Shown here piece after piece: positions 12,774-21,937 of a stretch of 60,222 nt of DNA. The position numbers were made by a program, and so were the translations under genes. Positions within the stretch are counted from its first letter, which is position 1. Each line of letters starts with the position of its first letter. The DNA is from an uncultured Pseudomonadota bacterium. Lineage in GTDB: Bacteria > Pseudomonadota > Gammaproteobacteria > Enterobacterales > Succinivibrionaceae. The DNA lies in assembly GCA_900319705.1 (NCBI GenBank), contig ONPL01000001.1, positions 1 through 60,222 on the forward strand. Direction: 5' to 3'. The notes beneath the pieces were generated by a model. That model saw only the letters and a program-made list of their open reading frames with translations, was not told the DNA's origin and made no database searches.

Positions 12774-13529
12774 TCAGCAGTACTTCATCAAATCATGCAA
12801 TTGTTTGTGACTGCGGGAAACAAGGAATTCAATCACTTTTCCCGGAGTTGAATTCAGCGCATAATCAACCGGACATCCTGCTCGCTCGAAAAGTCTGTAT
12901 GCGAGAGAAAAATCCCCTAAATTGAAACATATATGTGCATCAGAACCGATAATAAGAGGAGCATGATACGCAACGGCACACTTAATAAGCTCAACAGCCA
13001 TCTGTTCATTTTCTTCACCTCGACGGGAGTATATGCTGGAATTTATTTCCAGTGCTACATTGTTTGCCGCTGCAACCTCAATAATACGTTCCAAATCTAG
13101 AGGATAACGGCTGTTGGCAGGGTGGGTAATTATGTCAACAGTACCACTGGATATAACTTTGATAAGAATATTCGTATTTTTAGCCTTATCACCGCCTGCA
13201 GAGTAAAGAGGTCCATGAAAACCGGCAGTTATATAGTCAAGATGCTCAAGGTAGCTCTGTTTACAGTCTGTCGAACCATCATCCTTAATATTTGCTTCAA
13301 TACCTTTCAAAATTATAACGCCGTCGCGATAGGACGGAACACAGTCAAGATTGTCAAAGTGCCACTTATGGTAGGCGCCGTCAACAAGTTCCGTTCCATG
13401 ATCAGATATCCCGATCATTTTCAGTCCCTTTCTTCCAGCCTCCATAATATACTCGTAAATGGTACTGTACGCGTGTGAACTTGCCACTGTATGTACGTGC
13501 AAATCAACAAGAGCATTTTTATTATCCAT
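12774..13529 (-). CDS. ycdX: PHP-family metal-dependent phosphatase (YcdX-like)
   Basis: 'VDLHVHTVASSHAYST', 'GISDHG', 'LKGIEANIK', 'ITAGFH', 'IITHP', 'GSDAH' match E. coli YcdX motif for motif. Confidence 0.88.
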   Translation of the reverse strand: MDNKNALVDLHVHTVASSHAYSTIYEYIMEAGRKGLKMIGISDHGTELVDGAYHKWHFDNLDCVPSYRDGVIILKGIEANIKDDGSTDCKQSYLEHLDYITAGFHGPLYSAGGDKAKNTNILIKVISSGTVDIITHPANSRYPLDLERIIEVAAANNVALEINSSIYSRRGEENEQMAVELIKCAVAYHAPLIIGSDAHICFNLGDFSLAYRLFERAGCPVDYALNSTPGKVIEFLVSRSHKQLHDLMKYC

Positions 13530-13618
13530 TATATTTCCTGCTTTATAATAACCGTCTTAGAAACATCATGCCTGGCTTTTGACCGGATAGACTAGAATTT
13601 TACAAATTATTCACAAGC

Positions 13619-13647
13619 TTGACAATTACCTGCAAAAGATTTATAAA
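13619..13647 (+). promoter_or_regulatory. near-consensus sigma70 promoter reading into an ORF-free region
   Basis: 'ttgaca' (13619-24), exactly 17 nt, 'tataaa' (13642-47). Predicted start is near 13655. Confidence 0.5.
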
Positions 13648-13654
13648 CATTCAG

Positions 13655-14060
13655 AACTGACAACGCAGATATGCAAAATATTATATCGGTTGTTATCGAT
13701 CATAACACATCGAAGAGTTTATTTCTCCCACACGTACCAGCGGACATACTGCTGGTTGTCAAGATATAATTAAAGAGAAGCCAGGCTCTTGCTGTTGAAT
13801 GTTAAGCGTTAAAGGAGAATTTCAAAATATCGCGAACACCGTTCTCGGTTCGCAGAACTGAAGGTCTAATGCAAATACTGTTCATGTGACAGTATCTGCA
13901 TTATTGCAACTTTAAGTCTCCTGTTAACACTGGCAATGGTACATCAACCTACCTTCGGTGTGCTCAGTCCTTACCTTGATAAGGACACTTGTTTATTGTA
14001 AAAAGGGATCCCGTTGTTTTAGTAATTATCAGCGCGGGAAATATTTTGTGAATTTATAAA
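13655..14060 (+). other. ORF-free, hairpin-rich transcript region (long 5' leader or unassigned ncRNA)
   Basis: No ORF of 60 aa or more on either strand. Hairpins at 13735-57 (accagc/gctggt), 13841-65 (gcgaac/gttcgc), 13869-13905 (13 bp, one mismatch) and 13967-86 (gtcctta/taaggac). No match by eye to RNase P, 6S, SRP or tmRNA. Confidence 0.3.
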
Positions 14061-14066
14061 GGGAGG

Positions 14067-14348
14067 ATGTGGTGTTCCTTCTCGGGCATATCCGGGATAT
14101 TACGCGCCACTGACATTATGAAATTATCATATATTTGGAGTCTGTTCGCAAAGAAAGACGTACCTGCAAAATTATATTCCAATCCGAAATTCGAATATCT
14201 CGTTAGCTATGAAACCAATGACTACGATATCATCGTCAAATACTATAAAATTGCAGGCGACAGTCATATTTTAATTACTAAAGACAATATACCGCAGTCC
14301 GTATTCAGTTCAATGCTGCAAAACGACGAATGGGTTGAATTCAACTAA
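14067..14348 (+). CDS. small hypothetical protein (76-93 aa, start uncertain)
   Basis: Open frame only, no recognisable family. GGGAGG (14061-66) abuts the ATG at 14067. The alternative ATG at 14118 follows a possible 13-codon uORF (GTG 14072 to TGA 14113) by 4 nt. Confidence 0.4.
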   Translation: MWCSFSGISGILRATDIMKLSYIWSLFAKKDVPAKLYSNPKFEYLVSYETNDYDIIVKYYKIAGDSHILITKDNIPQSVFSSMLQNDEWVEFN

Positions 14349-14539
14349 TCAGCGTCAGTCTGTCATCTGTATATATAACAATCAGACGTATCCAGTTCCT
14401 GCTTTCATTCACAAACAGCAGGGGCTGATTGCCGGCGATGTCATACAATGACCATCTTTCGAAGATTTCATCCCCATACTGAGCCGTCAAATCCGGATTT
14501 ATAACTCAGAAAGGAGCCTTGTCACGTTCCGGATGAATT

Positions 14540-16141
14540 TCAGGATTTCGGAATGGTGTCCCGTTCAGGATCAGGGTGTACCTGCCTAAGAATTGATGTG
14601 ATATCCAGTTCCCTGCAGTGTTCGTACGTTATATCGAAAATACTTCTCTTTACAATATATAAATCTTTACGATCATCAGAGCGTGCCACCAGCATGTCTC
14701 CGGCAAGACCAAACATATAATTTTCATAATCCCAGATCTTGGGAAACAGTTTAGTAGGCTTGGTCAGTTCACGGGCCCAGATTGCAAGTCTGGACATAGT
14801 TCTGCAGGATCTTATATATGGTTTAAGCATTTTTCTCTGACCGGTAGCAGCATTATAGACTCTGGGTTCATAGTCATATGAAAAATCATTTTCAGAGTTG
14901 CATTCCTTATAACTGACATCGAACGTATCCTTCGTAATCGGGTAAACTTCCCCGTTCACACCGATCATTATGTAAATATCAGCGGATGCCTGCACCTTTA
15001 CATTACCTTCGTATGTTCTTAAGATCAGTTCAGCATCCCCCTCAATTAAATCCTCAGTTTTTACAAAACCCAGAATCAATGACTTTTTTACATATCGTGA
15101 AAACTTATTCCTATGTTTATCAAAATCATAATCCTGTGCATCAATGCAGTCACATGAAAGTTTAAATTCGGAAAATTTCTGCAGAAAATAGCTTTGGATC
15201 TCCAGTTCTGAATATCTGCTGAGATACGGTTCCTTATAGATCGTACCGCCGGCCTTCCGATCCTTTCCTCCCCCCTCCCCGATATCGACAGTTAAAAATT
15301 CGATCAGTTCGGACGGTTTTATTTCACGGGTTGTAGATCTTATCGATAACTTGTAAAAAATACCCAAATCGGCATATACAACACAGCAGTCCACCGCGTT
15401 TACCCTGCTCATCAAATCGGCAACAAATCCGAGAACGGATGGATCACTGGTTTTTACGGACACAACTGCGAAACCGGTCTTACCGTCATAACGGTAATCA
15501 GATAATGCCTCGCCGACAATCTTAAGCTCTTCAACAGATAAAGTTGAATACTGCAGACTTGTAAATAAATCCCGATCGTAATCCAGTTCATCTCTGATAT
15601 CACTGTCGGCAGAATTCACAATATCAGAAAACTCATTGGTGGCCATATACACTCCATAAAAGAGTGCGGTTGCAACCATTGGATCCGAAATAACTGACTG
15701 GACCAAAGCTCGCTGATTTGTAGAAAGTTCTGACAGAAGCATCTGATAGACCAGGGACGAACAGCTTGCAAATGAACTTTTAATATGACTGTGACTTACA
15801 AGCTGCGGAGGATAACCGCTGTGATTATCAATTACAGCAACATCTGTAGCGTCGATCTTATCAACATTGCCGGCACCAAACATACATCCTACAGTTATAA
15901 GCAGTCCTGGAAATTTAAATCCCGCATCAACATATTCCAGTGGAATATTGAGTTTTTCAATCATCAGTCTGATATTACTGCGGGATATTTTGACGTCACC
16001 GCTGTATACCAGGCCTACCTTTTTTCCGTGAGCCCTATAATATGAATAAACAGCAAAAGCCGCTGCTATTGAATCTGCATCAGGTAGATTGTGACACTGA
16101 ACCAGTAATTCATCATATATAAGCAAATCTCTGAGATACAT
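14540..16141 (-). CDS. DHH/DHHA1-fold protein with substituted catalytic motifs and a 230-aa unassigned C-terminal extension
   Basis: GGAGG SD 5 nt upstream. The NrnA-like motif order is kept: I 'HNLPDADS', II 'ITVGCM' (D->G), III 'VIDNH' (DHH->DNH), IV 'YMATNEF' (DTG->ATN), DHHA1 'GGGKDRKAGG' (GGGH->GGGK). Confidence 0.8.
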   Translation of the reverse strand: MYLRDLLIYDELLVQCHNLPDADSIAAAFAVYSYYRAHGKKVGLVYSGDVKISRSNIRLMIEKLNIPLEYVDAGFKFPGLLITVGCMFGAGNVDKIDATDVAVIDNHSGYPPQLVSHSHIKSSFASCSSLVYQMLLSELSTNQRALVQSVISDPMVATALFYGVYMATNEFSDIVNSADSDIRDELDYDRDLFTSLQYSTLSVEELKIVGEALSDYRYDGKTGFAVVSVKTSDPSVLGFVADLMSRVNAVDCCVVYADLGIFYKLSIRSTTREIKPSELIEFLTVDIGEGGGKDRKAGGTIYKEPYLSRYSELEIQSYFLQKFSEFKLSCDCIDAQDYDFDKHRNKFSRYVKKSLILGFVKTEDLIEGDAELILRTYEGNVKVQASADIYIMIGVNGEVYPITKDTFDVSYKECNSENDFSYDYEPRVYNAATGQRKMLKPYIRSCRTMSRLAIWARELTKPTKLFPKIWDYENYMFGLAGDMLVARSDDRKDLYIVKRSIFDITYEHCRELDITSILRQVHPDPERDTIPKS

Positions 16142-16313
16142 TAAACCTCCAATAAGGTAATATTGGGCTGTTTGTTCTAATTATAGATCGACCAGCTGAA
16201 AAATCACACAACCAAAGAGTTTGAACTTTGCTTAACAGTTTCGAAGTGACAATGGGATATATAGATGTAATATTTTGAAGACCGTTCTTAAGAGTTTGAA
16301 TTTAAGACAGTCA

Positions 16314-16358
16314 ATGCAAAAAAAGAAAACCTGCAGTTGTCTTAAACAGCGGCAGGTT
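16314..16358 (-). terminator. intrinsic terminator after tyrS and tRNA-Arg
   Basis: Minus strand 'aaacctgc ...loop... gcaggttt' followed by 'tctttttttgc'. Confidence 0.75.
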
Positions 16359-16444
16359 TGAATTCTCTACACTCTCCGGTTTACAAACCGGACATAATCG
16401 CGGAAACAGACCGTTTCAACACTACTTTATACTCACTGACGGAG

Positions 16445-16521
16445 TGGCGTCCCCGGGCGGAATTGAACCGTCGACCTTTCGCTTAGGAGGCAAACGCTCT
16501 ATCCAACTGAGCTACGGGGAC
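16445..16521 (-). tRNA. tRNA-Arg (anticodon CCT)
   Basis: Minus strand 'GTCCCCG TA GCTC AGTTGGATA GAGC G TTTGC CTCCTAA GCGAA AGGTC GACGG TTCAATT CCGCC CGGGGAC GCCA'. Full cloverleaf with one A-C mismatch in the T stem; CCA encoded. Confidence 0.88.
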
Positions 16522-16531
16522 ACACAAACTA

Positions 16532-17737
16532 CTATTTCACAGAAATTTTTGCAAATCTGCGTTTGCCGATCTGCCAAACTCCTGTAGAACCCTTGGCAAT
16601 CTCAAGTTTTGTATTATTAACAAGCTCACCGTCACATTTTACCGCATTTTGCTTAATCATGCGAATAGCTTCTGACGAAGTTTCAGTCAAACCAGCATTT
16701 TTAAGCATGGTTCCGACCTGAATAGACTCAGCACCATCCAGAGAAACAGTAACCTCAGGTAAATCTTCAGGAATAGCATTCTTGGAGAAGCGGTTAATAA
16801 AATTCTGTTCGGCAGCATCTGCATCAGCAGCAGTATGATACCTTGTAATGATTTCTTTTGCCAATAAAATTTTTATATCTCGCGGATTTACACTGTTAGA
16901 TGCAACATCAGACTTAAACTGGGCAATCTCCTTAAGAGAACGTGAAGACAGCAGTTCATAGTAATTCCACATCATATCGTCACTTATAGACATAATCTTA
17001 CCGAACATCTCATCCGGAGATTCGTGAATTCCGATGTAGTTTCCGGCCGACTTGGACATTTTCTTAACGCCGTCCAGTCCTACCAGCAGAGGCATTGTCA
17101 GAGTACACTGCGGTTTCTGGCCCATTTCTTTCTGAAGTTCTCTTCCCATCAGCAGATTGAACTTCTGGTCGGAGCCACCCAGTTCAACATCGATGTTAAG
17201 AGCTACTGAATCATATGCCTGCAACAGAGGATAGATAAATTCATGGATCGCAATCGGAGTACCGTTTGCATAACGTTTCTTGAAATCATCTCTTTCAAGC
17301 ATTCTGGCAACAGTCTGTTTTGCTGCCAGTTTGATCATTCCGCTTGCTCCGAGTTTTTCAAGCCATTCAGAGTTGTACACGATATGAGTCTTGGCAGGAT
17401 CAAGGATCTTGAATGCCTGATCTGCATAAGTTTTGGCGTTCTCTTTGATTTTTTCAGCCGACAGCGGAGGTCTGGTTGCATTCTTTCCCGTAGGGTCACC
17501 AACCTGGGCTGTAAAATCACCAATCAGAAGATAAACCTCATGTCCAAGATTCTGGAATGTACGCAATTTATTCAGTATTACAGTATGTCCGAGATGGATA
17601 TCAGGAGCGGTAGGATCCATTCCAAGCTTAATCTTCAAAGGACGTCCTGATTTCAGTTTTTCTACAAGTTCCTCTTCAACCAAAATCTCTTCTGCGCCAC
17701 GTTTAATCTCTGCTAAAGCTTCATCAAAGGAAGTCAT
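16532..17737 (-). CDS. tyrS: tyrosine--tRNA ligase (type 2, ~400 aa)
   Basis: '[12 protein letters not shown]' (HIGH), 'KKMSKSAGN' (KMSKS), C-terminal S4-like domain. Confidence 0.93.
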   Translation of the reverse strand: MTSFDEALAEIKRGAEEILVEEELVEKLKSGRPLKIKLGMDPTAPDIHLGHTVILNKLRTFQNLGHEVYLLIGDFTAQVGDPTGKNATRPPLSAEKIKENAKTYADQAFKILDPAKTHIVYNSEWLEKLGASGMIKLAAKQTVARMLERDDFKKRYANGTPIAIHEFIYPLLQAYDSVALNIDVELGGSDQKFNLLMGRELQKEMGQKPQCTLTMPLLVGLDGVKKMSKSAGNYIGIHESPDEMFGKIMSISDDMMWNYYELLSSRSLKEIAQFKSDVASNSVNPRDIKILLAKEIITRYHTAADADAAEQNFINRFSKNAIPEDLPEVTVSLDGAESIQVGTMLKNAGLTETSSEAIRMIKQNAVKCDGELVNNTKLEIAKGSTGVWQIGKRRFAKISVK

Positions 17738-17847
17738 CGGTGAAAAAATCTCCAGTAAATATAAATTGTTTTACAATCAAAAATTGTGCATTATTATAGC
17801 ACAACAAAAAGATAAGTTTGAAAATTTATATGGGCAGATAGTTCAAA

Positions 17848-18969
17848 ATGGATACAGATTGCAGATACTATATCGGGATCATGTCGGGAACCAGCATGGA
17901 CGGCATCGATATTTCAATAATGGATTTCAACAGTTCCTCCATGCCTGCAGTGATTGCAACAGGGGAATACGACTGGCCGGAAGGACTGGAAGCCAGACTT
18001 CATCCTTTATGCCATTCCGGTGCGGATGAAGTTGAACAGATCGGTGAAATTGCAAACGAACTGGCCGCAGCCTACGCTTATGCAGTAAATGATCTGCTGA
18101 AAAAGAACGGGATCGACAAATCAAAAATCATAGCAATCGGCAATCACGGCCAGACGATAAGACACCGGCCGGAAAAACACTTTTCTGTTCAAATCGGTAA
18201 CAATGCACTGCTTGCGGCACTGACGGGAATAGACACCGTCGGTGATTTCCGTGCCATGGATCTTGCCTGCGGAGGACAGGGTGCTCCGCTGGTACCTGCC
18301 TTTCATAATTCGGTTTTCAGAAAGGACAGCATTCTGAGATTCATTGTAAACATCGGCGGAATATCCAACATTTCAGTCCTGGACGGTTCCGGAAACCCGA
18401 TAATCGGCTTTGACACCGGCCCCGGAAATACTCTCATTGATCACAACTGCCGCCACTTCTGGAATGAAAACTACGATCATGACGGCAAACACGCCCAGGC
18501 CGGCTCAGTTGACAGTCTGCTGCTGAAAAAAATGCTCTCACATCCGTACTTTTCCATGAGTTATCCCAAAAGTACAGGAAGGGAAACGTTTACCTATGAG
18601 TGGGTGGAAAGTCTTACCGAAGGTTCAAACATTTCCGGCGAAGATCTGCAGAGGACTCTTACACATCTAACAGCAGTATCAATTGCAGACCAAATCAATA
18701 AAATTGCCGGAAATAGAATTTTTGAAACCTACATCTGCGGAGGCGGTTTAAAGAACAAACTTCTCATGAGTGAGCTAAGAAAACTTCTTCCGGGAAGTTC
18801 GGTTTTTGACAGTACGGCTGTACTGGGAGTAGATCCGGATTTTGTTGAATCTATAGCCTTTGCCTGGCTGGCAAAACAGTTTACAGAAAGAAAACCAGGC
18901 AATATACCTTCAGCGACAGGAGCTACAACTCCCGCCGTGCTGGGATGTCTGTATCCGAAACCATACTGA
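17848..18969 (+). CDS. anmK: anhydro-N-acetylmuramic acid kinase
   Basis: 'YIGIMSGTSMDGIDI' N-terminus, 'DTGPGNTLID', 'GGGLKN'. tyrS is nearby, as in E. coli. Confidence 0.92.
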   Translation: MDTDCRYYIGIMSGTSMDGIDISIMDFNSSSMPAVIATGEYDWPEGLEARLHPLCHSGADEVEQIGEIANELAAAYAYAVNDLLKKNGIDKSKIIAIGNHGQTIRHRPEKHFSVQIGNNALLAALTGIDTVGDFRAMDLACGGQGAPLVPAFHNSVFRKDSILRFIVNIGGISNISVLDGSGNPIIGFDTGPGNTLIDHNCRHFWNENYDHDGKHAQAGSVDSLLLKKMLSHPYFSMSYPKSTGRETFTYEWVESLTEGSNISGEDLQRTLTHLTAVSIADQINKIAGNRIFETYICGGGLKNKLLMSELRKLLPGSSVFDSTAVLGVDPDFVESIAFAWLAKQFTERKPGNIPSATGATTPAVLGCLYPKPY

Positions 18970-18985
18970 CGGATAACGGTTCGCC

Positions 18986-21589
18986 CTACTGGAGCGGAAC
19001 CAGTTTCCAGGTCATGTCTACAGAACTAACCTGAAGCTGGTATTTTCCGATTTCCGTAATGAAAACATCCTCACATACACTTTCATTATCACACAGTTTT
19101 ACACCGCCTGCAGTTCCCCAGTTGCGTCCAAGCCAGTCCGGTGTTGAAGTAACCTTAAAACGTTGCGGGCCGTTTTCATCACCTTTACCGGTAAGATCCA
19201 AATCGATAACCCAGGATGCGGATTTCTTATCATATTTCATTTCCTGATGTTTCCATCCGTTGGTTGTTCCTGCATAGTAGAGAGGTTCATAACTGCCTAG
19301 ATCAAGACTCATATTAACCTGAACTTCAACATCCTGCGCTACAGAGGATTCAAGTTCACCATCAAAAACAGTCAGAGTAACCGTATAAATTCCGTCTCCC
19401 GGGTATGTGTGAACAGCATTCTGATCGTTTGAAACAGTTCCATCACCAAACGACCACTGGTAGGATAACTGATTATTGTCAGGATCGGAGCTTAGATTGG
19501 TAAATGTCACCTTCAACTCATCCTTGGACACATTGAATCCGGCAATAGGGGCGACATTGACAGCTGACTGTTTGGTAAGTTTCCAGGTCATTGTGGCATC
19601 ATTGACAGACAGCAGATATTTACCCACTTCAGTAAACTGAATATCCGTGCAGACAACCGAGCTCTGGCACAGCTGTTCAGGTCGTCCAAAAGGAGCACCG
19701 TAAAGTTCCGGCTCGGAAATATCATCATTTCTGGTAGCAATTCTAAACCGCTGCGGGCCGCTCTCGTCCCCCTCTCCATTAAAATTAAGCATTATCTCCC
19801 ATTCGCCGGTTGCTTCATTGAAGTTCATCGGATCAAAACCCCACTGATTGGTTGTTCCCTGATACATGAGGTGTTTATGCTGTTTGATCTGTTTTTCAGA
19901 TCTTTCAAGCCGCCAGTGCATGGTGCTTTCATTCACAATCAGATAATATGTTCCAGCCTCGGTAATAAGAACATCTCCGCAGGCACTCTGAAGAGCACAC
20001 AGTGCAGGACGTCCGTCTGAGCCGTATACATCACCATCCCAGTCTGGTGTGGTTGTTACCTTGAAACGCTGAAAACCGACATCATCGCCCATACCGTTAA
20101 GATTGATTAGAATTTTCCACTCGCCTGTCTTTTTATCAAAACTCATGGCATCATGCTTCCATCCGTTGGATGTTCCCGCATAGTACAGTGAGCCTAACTG
20201 TGAAATCTGCTCAGGTGCACGCTCAAGGGTCCACATATTAGTTTTATCATTAACAGAAAGTACGTAGGTACCCAGGCCGTCGATATCAACATCCTTGCAG
20301 TCTTCAGCATTACACAGGGCATCACCGCCGTTGGAGCCGTAGATATCACCCTGCATTGCCACCGGTCTGGTTGACAGCTTAAACCGCTGTCTGCCTTTTT
20401 TGTCTCCACGACCGTTTAAAAACAGAGTTATACGCCAGTTTCCGGAATCCTGATCATAGTCGAGCGGGTAAAAATCCCAGTTATTTGATGTTCCCGTATA
20501 GTACAGAGCTGTAAACTTAGGTGACGGTCCTTTTAGTTTATCGAGCCTCCATCCCATGTTAGACTCGTCAATTACCAGTTCATAAGTTCCAACCTCGTCA
20601 ATTATCACATCCTTGCAGACACTTTTTACCGAGCACAGTTCCGTTCTTCCGTCAGAACCGTATACAACTCCGTTCCAATCAGGTGTGGTTGTAAGTTTGA
20701 AACGCTGCGGTCCGCTGCTGTCACCGGATCCATTCAGTTTTAAGATCAGCTTCCATGCTCCGGTGGAACTGTCATAGGACATTGGAGTATGTGTCCATTT
20801 ATTGGTAGTCCCTGAAAAATACAGATGTTTCAGCAATGGCTGTTGAATGGCAGACTTGGTCAGAGACCAGTGCATATTTGATTCTTTCACAGCAAGTTCA
20901 TAGGTTCCGACCTCACTGATCCAGACATCATTGCAGACACCCTGGATCGAGCAGAGATCCTCTAGACCGTCAGAACCGTACACATCGCCGTTCCAGTCAG
21001 GAGTTGTGGTTACCTTGAAACGCTGCGGTCCGTGTTCATCCCCTACTCCGGTCAGCTTTAACGTTATTTTCCACTCCCCTGTTTCCGGATCAAACATCAT
21101 AGGTTCATGAGTCCATTTGTTGGTGGTCCCGGCATAATACAAAGCATTCAGGTGTTTGTACGGCTTCTTTTCAGGAATTTTGGTAAGAAACCAGCTCATA
21201 TCAGCTTCATTGATGGTAAGCGTGTAATTTCCAACTTCTGGAATGACAACATCCGTGCATTTTTTAACATCATCGCACAGTTCCTGATTTCCGTTACCGC
21301 CATAACTTTTGGCTTTCTTGTTAGGCTTGGTGTAAATTCTGAATCGCTGAGGTCCTGAACCGTCACCCTGACCGGTAAAATTGGTATTTATGTGCCACTG
21401 GCCGTTCTTAAGGTCGAACTCCATTTTTTCATACTCCCAACCGTTGGAAGTACCTGAATAATAAAGACTAGGAATTACAGAATTATGTTTAGGATCGGTT
21501 TTATCCTTTTGAACTGAAGCATCTGCAGATTGAAAGCCCCCCCAGAAGAGAGTAACAATAATGTATGATGACAGTCTGCTAATTTTCAT
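18986..21589 (-). CDS. secreted multi-repeat protein: 7 x ~106-aa beta-rich repeats plus one PKD domain
   Basis: Start set at MKISRLSSYIIVTLFWGGFQSADA (signal peptide). Repeats follow 'LYYAGTTN.W....M.....G.W.I.L.L.G.GD..GPQRFK.TTTPDW.G.VYGSDG...LC....C.DV.I.E.GTY.L.V.ES.M.W.L'. PKD signature 'YQWSFGDGT...HTYPGDGIYTVTLTVFD'. Confidence 0.85.
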   Translation of the reverse strand: MKISRLSSYIIVTLFWGGFQSADASVQKDKTDPKHNSVIPSLYYSGTSNGWEYEKMEFDLKNGQWHINTNFTGQGDGSGPQRFRIYTKPNKKAKSYGGNGNQELCDDVKKCTDVVIPEVGNYTLTINEADMSWFLTKIPEKKPYKHLNALYYAGTTNKWTHEPMMFDPETGEWKITLKLTGVGDEHGPQRFKVTTTPDWNGDVYGSDGLEDLCSIQGVCNDVWISEVGTYELAVKESNMHWSLTKSAIQQPLLKHLYFSGTTNKWTHTPMSYDSSTGAWKLILKLNGSGDSSGPQRFKLTTTPDWNGVVYGSDGRTELCSVKSVCKDVIIDEVGTYELVIDESNMGWRLDKLKGPSPKFTALYYTGTSNNWDFYPLDYDQDSGNWRITLFLNGRGDKKGRQRFKLSTRPVAMQGDIYGSNGGDALCNAEDCKDVDIDGLGTYVLSVNDKTNMWTLERAPEQISQLGSLYYAGTSNGWKHDAMSFDKKTGEWKILINLNGMGDDVGFQRFKVTTTPDWDGDVYGSDGRPALCALQSACGDVLITEAGTYYLIVNESTMHWRLERSEKQIKQHKHLMYQGTTNQWGFDPMNFNEATGEWEIMLNFNGEGDESGPQRFRIATRNDDISEPELYGAPFGRPEQLCQSSVVCTDIQFTEVGKYLLSVNDATMTWKLTKQSAVNVAPIAGFNVSKDELKVTFTNLSSDPDNNQLSYQWSFGDGTVSNDQNAVHTYPGDGIYTVTLTVFDGELESSVAQDVEVQVNMSLDLGSYEPLYYAGTTNGWKHQEMKYDKKSASWVIDLDLTGKGDENGPQRFKVTSTPDWLGRNWGTAGGVKLCDNESVCEDVFITEIGKYQLQVSSVDMTWKLVPLQ
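18989..21466 (-). repeat. tandem coding repeats (~318 bp unit, 6 copies, then a PKD insert at 19283-19549, then a 7th copy)
   Basis: Protein-level boundaries: aa 50-157, 158-263, 264-369, 370-475, 476-581, 582-688, [PKD 689-777], 778-875. Copies are diverged at the DNA level. Confidence 0.85.
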
Positions 21590-21844
21590 ATTTACCCCAA
21601 TTATAAGCCGCACAAGACAAGTACATAGCGTATTTTTTAATGAATTTCGAACCGGAACCGCGCCGGAGGGAGTTTACCCATCCACCAGCCTTCATCTACA
21701 TCCGGGAAAATCCTACTTTGCTCTTCAATACTTTTTTCATGAAACAATTATTTTGCGCCTATTAATAACATAAATATCAAAAATAGACTGTCACTTTTAT
21801 CACAGTTAAACTTAAGTTTGAAAATATTTTGATCGCTGTATCAC

Positions 21845-21880
21845 AAAACAAAACTGACAGTTTCCCGAAAGAAAAACTGT
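21845..21880 (-). terminator. intrinsic terminator after mrcB
   Basis: Minus strand 'gacagttt ttctttcggg aaactgtc' followed by 'agttttgttttgt'. Confidence 0.6.
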
Positions 21881-21937
21881 CCAAAAGTACTGATAAGAAA
21901 GGAACAGCAACTGATTCTGAAATGTGCAAGACAGCTA

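Noticed and set aside
13671-13769. 32-codon ORF 'MQNIISVVIDHNTSKSLF...' whose 'VVIDHN' looked like a DHH motif III remnant, hinting at a decayed second DHH gene.
   Set aside because: Translating the flanks in all frames gives stops every few codons and no other DHH motifs. A single six-residue resemblance is within chance.
13530-16444. Possibility that the ycdX to tRNA-Arg pocket is an integrated mobile island at the tRNA 3' end.
   Set aside because: I found no integrase, and no direct repeat of the tRNA-Arg 3' segment in 13530-14540 by eye. By eye the composition does not differ from the flanks. The tRNA also has its own terminator before the DHH gene. It is kept only as an accessory pocket, not a mobile element.
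20300-20420. RGD tripeptide ('NGRGDKKG') in repeat 4 of the 875-aa protein as a possible integrin-binding motif.
   Set aside because: The same position in the other repeats is G.GD (GQGD, GVGD, GSGD, GMGD, GEGD, GKGD). The Arg is one variant of a structural turn, not a specific motif.
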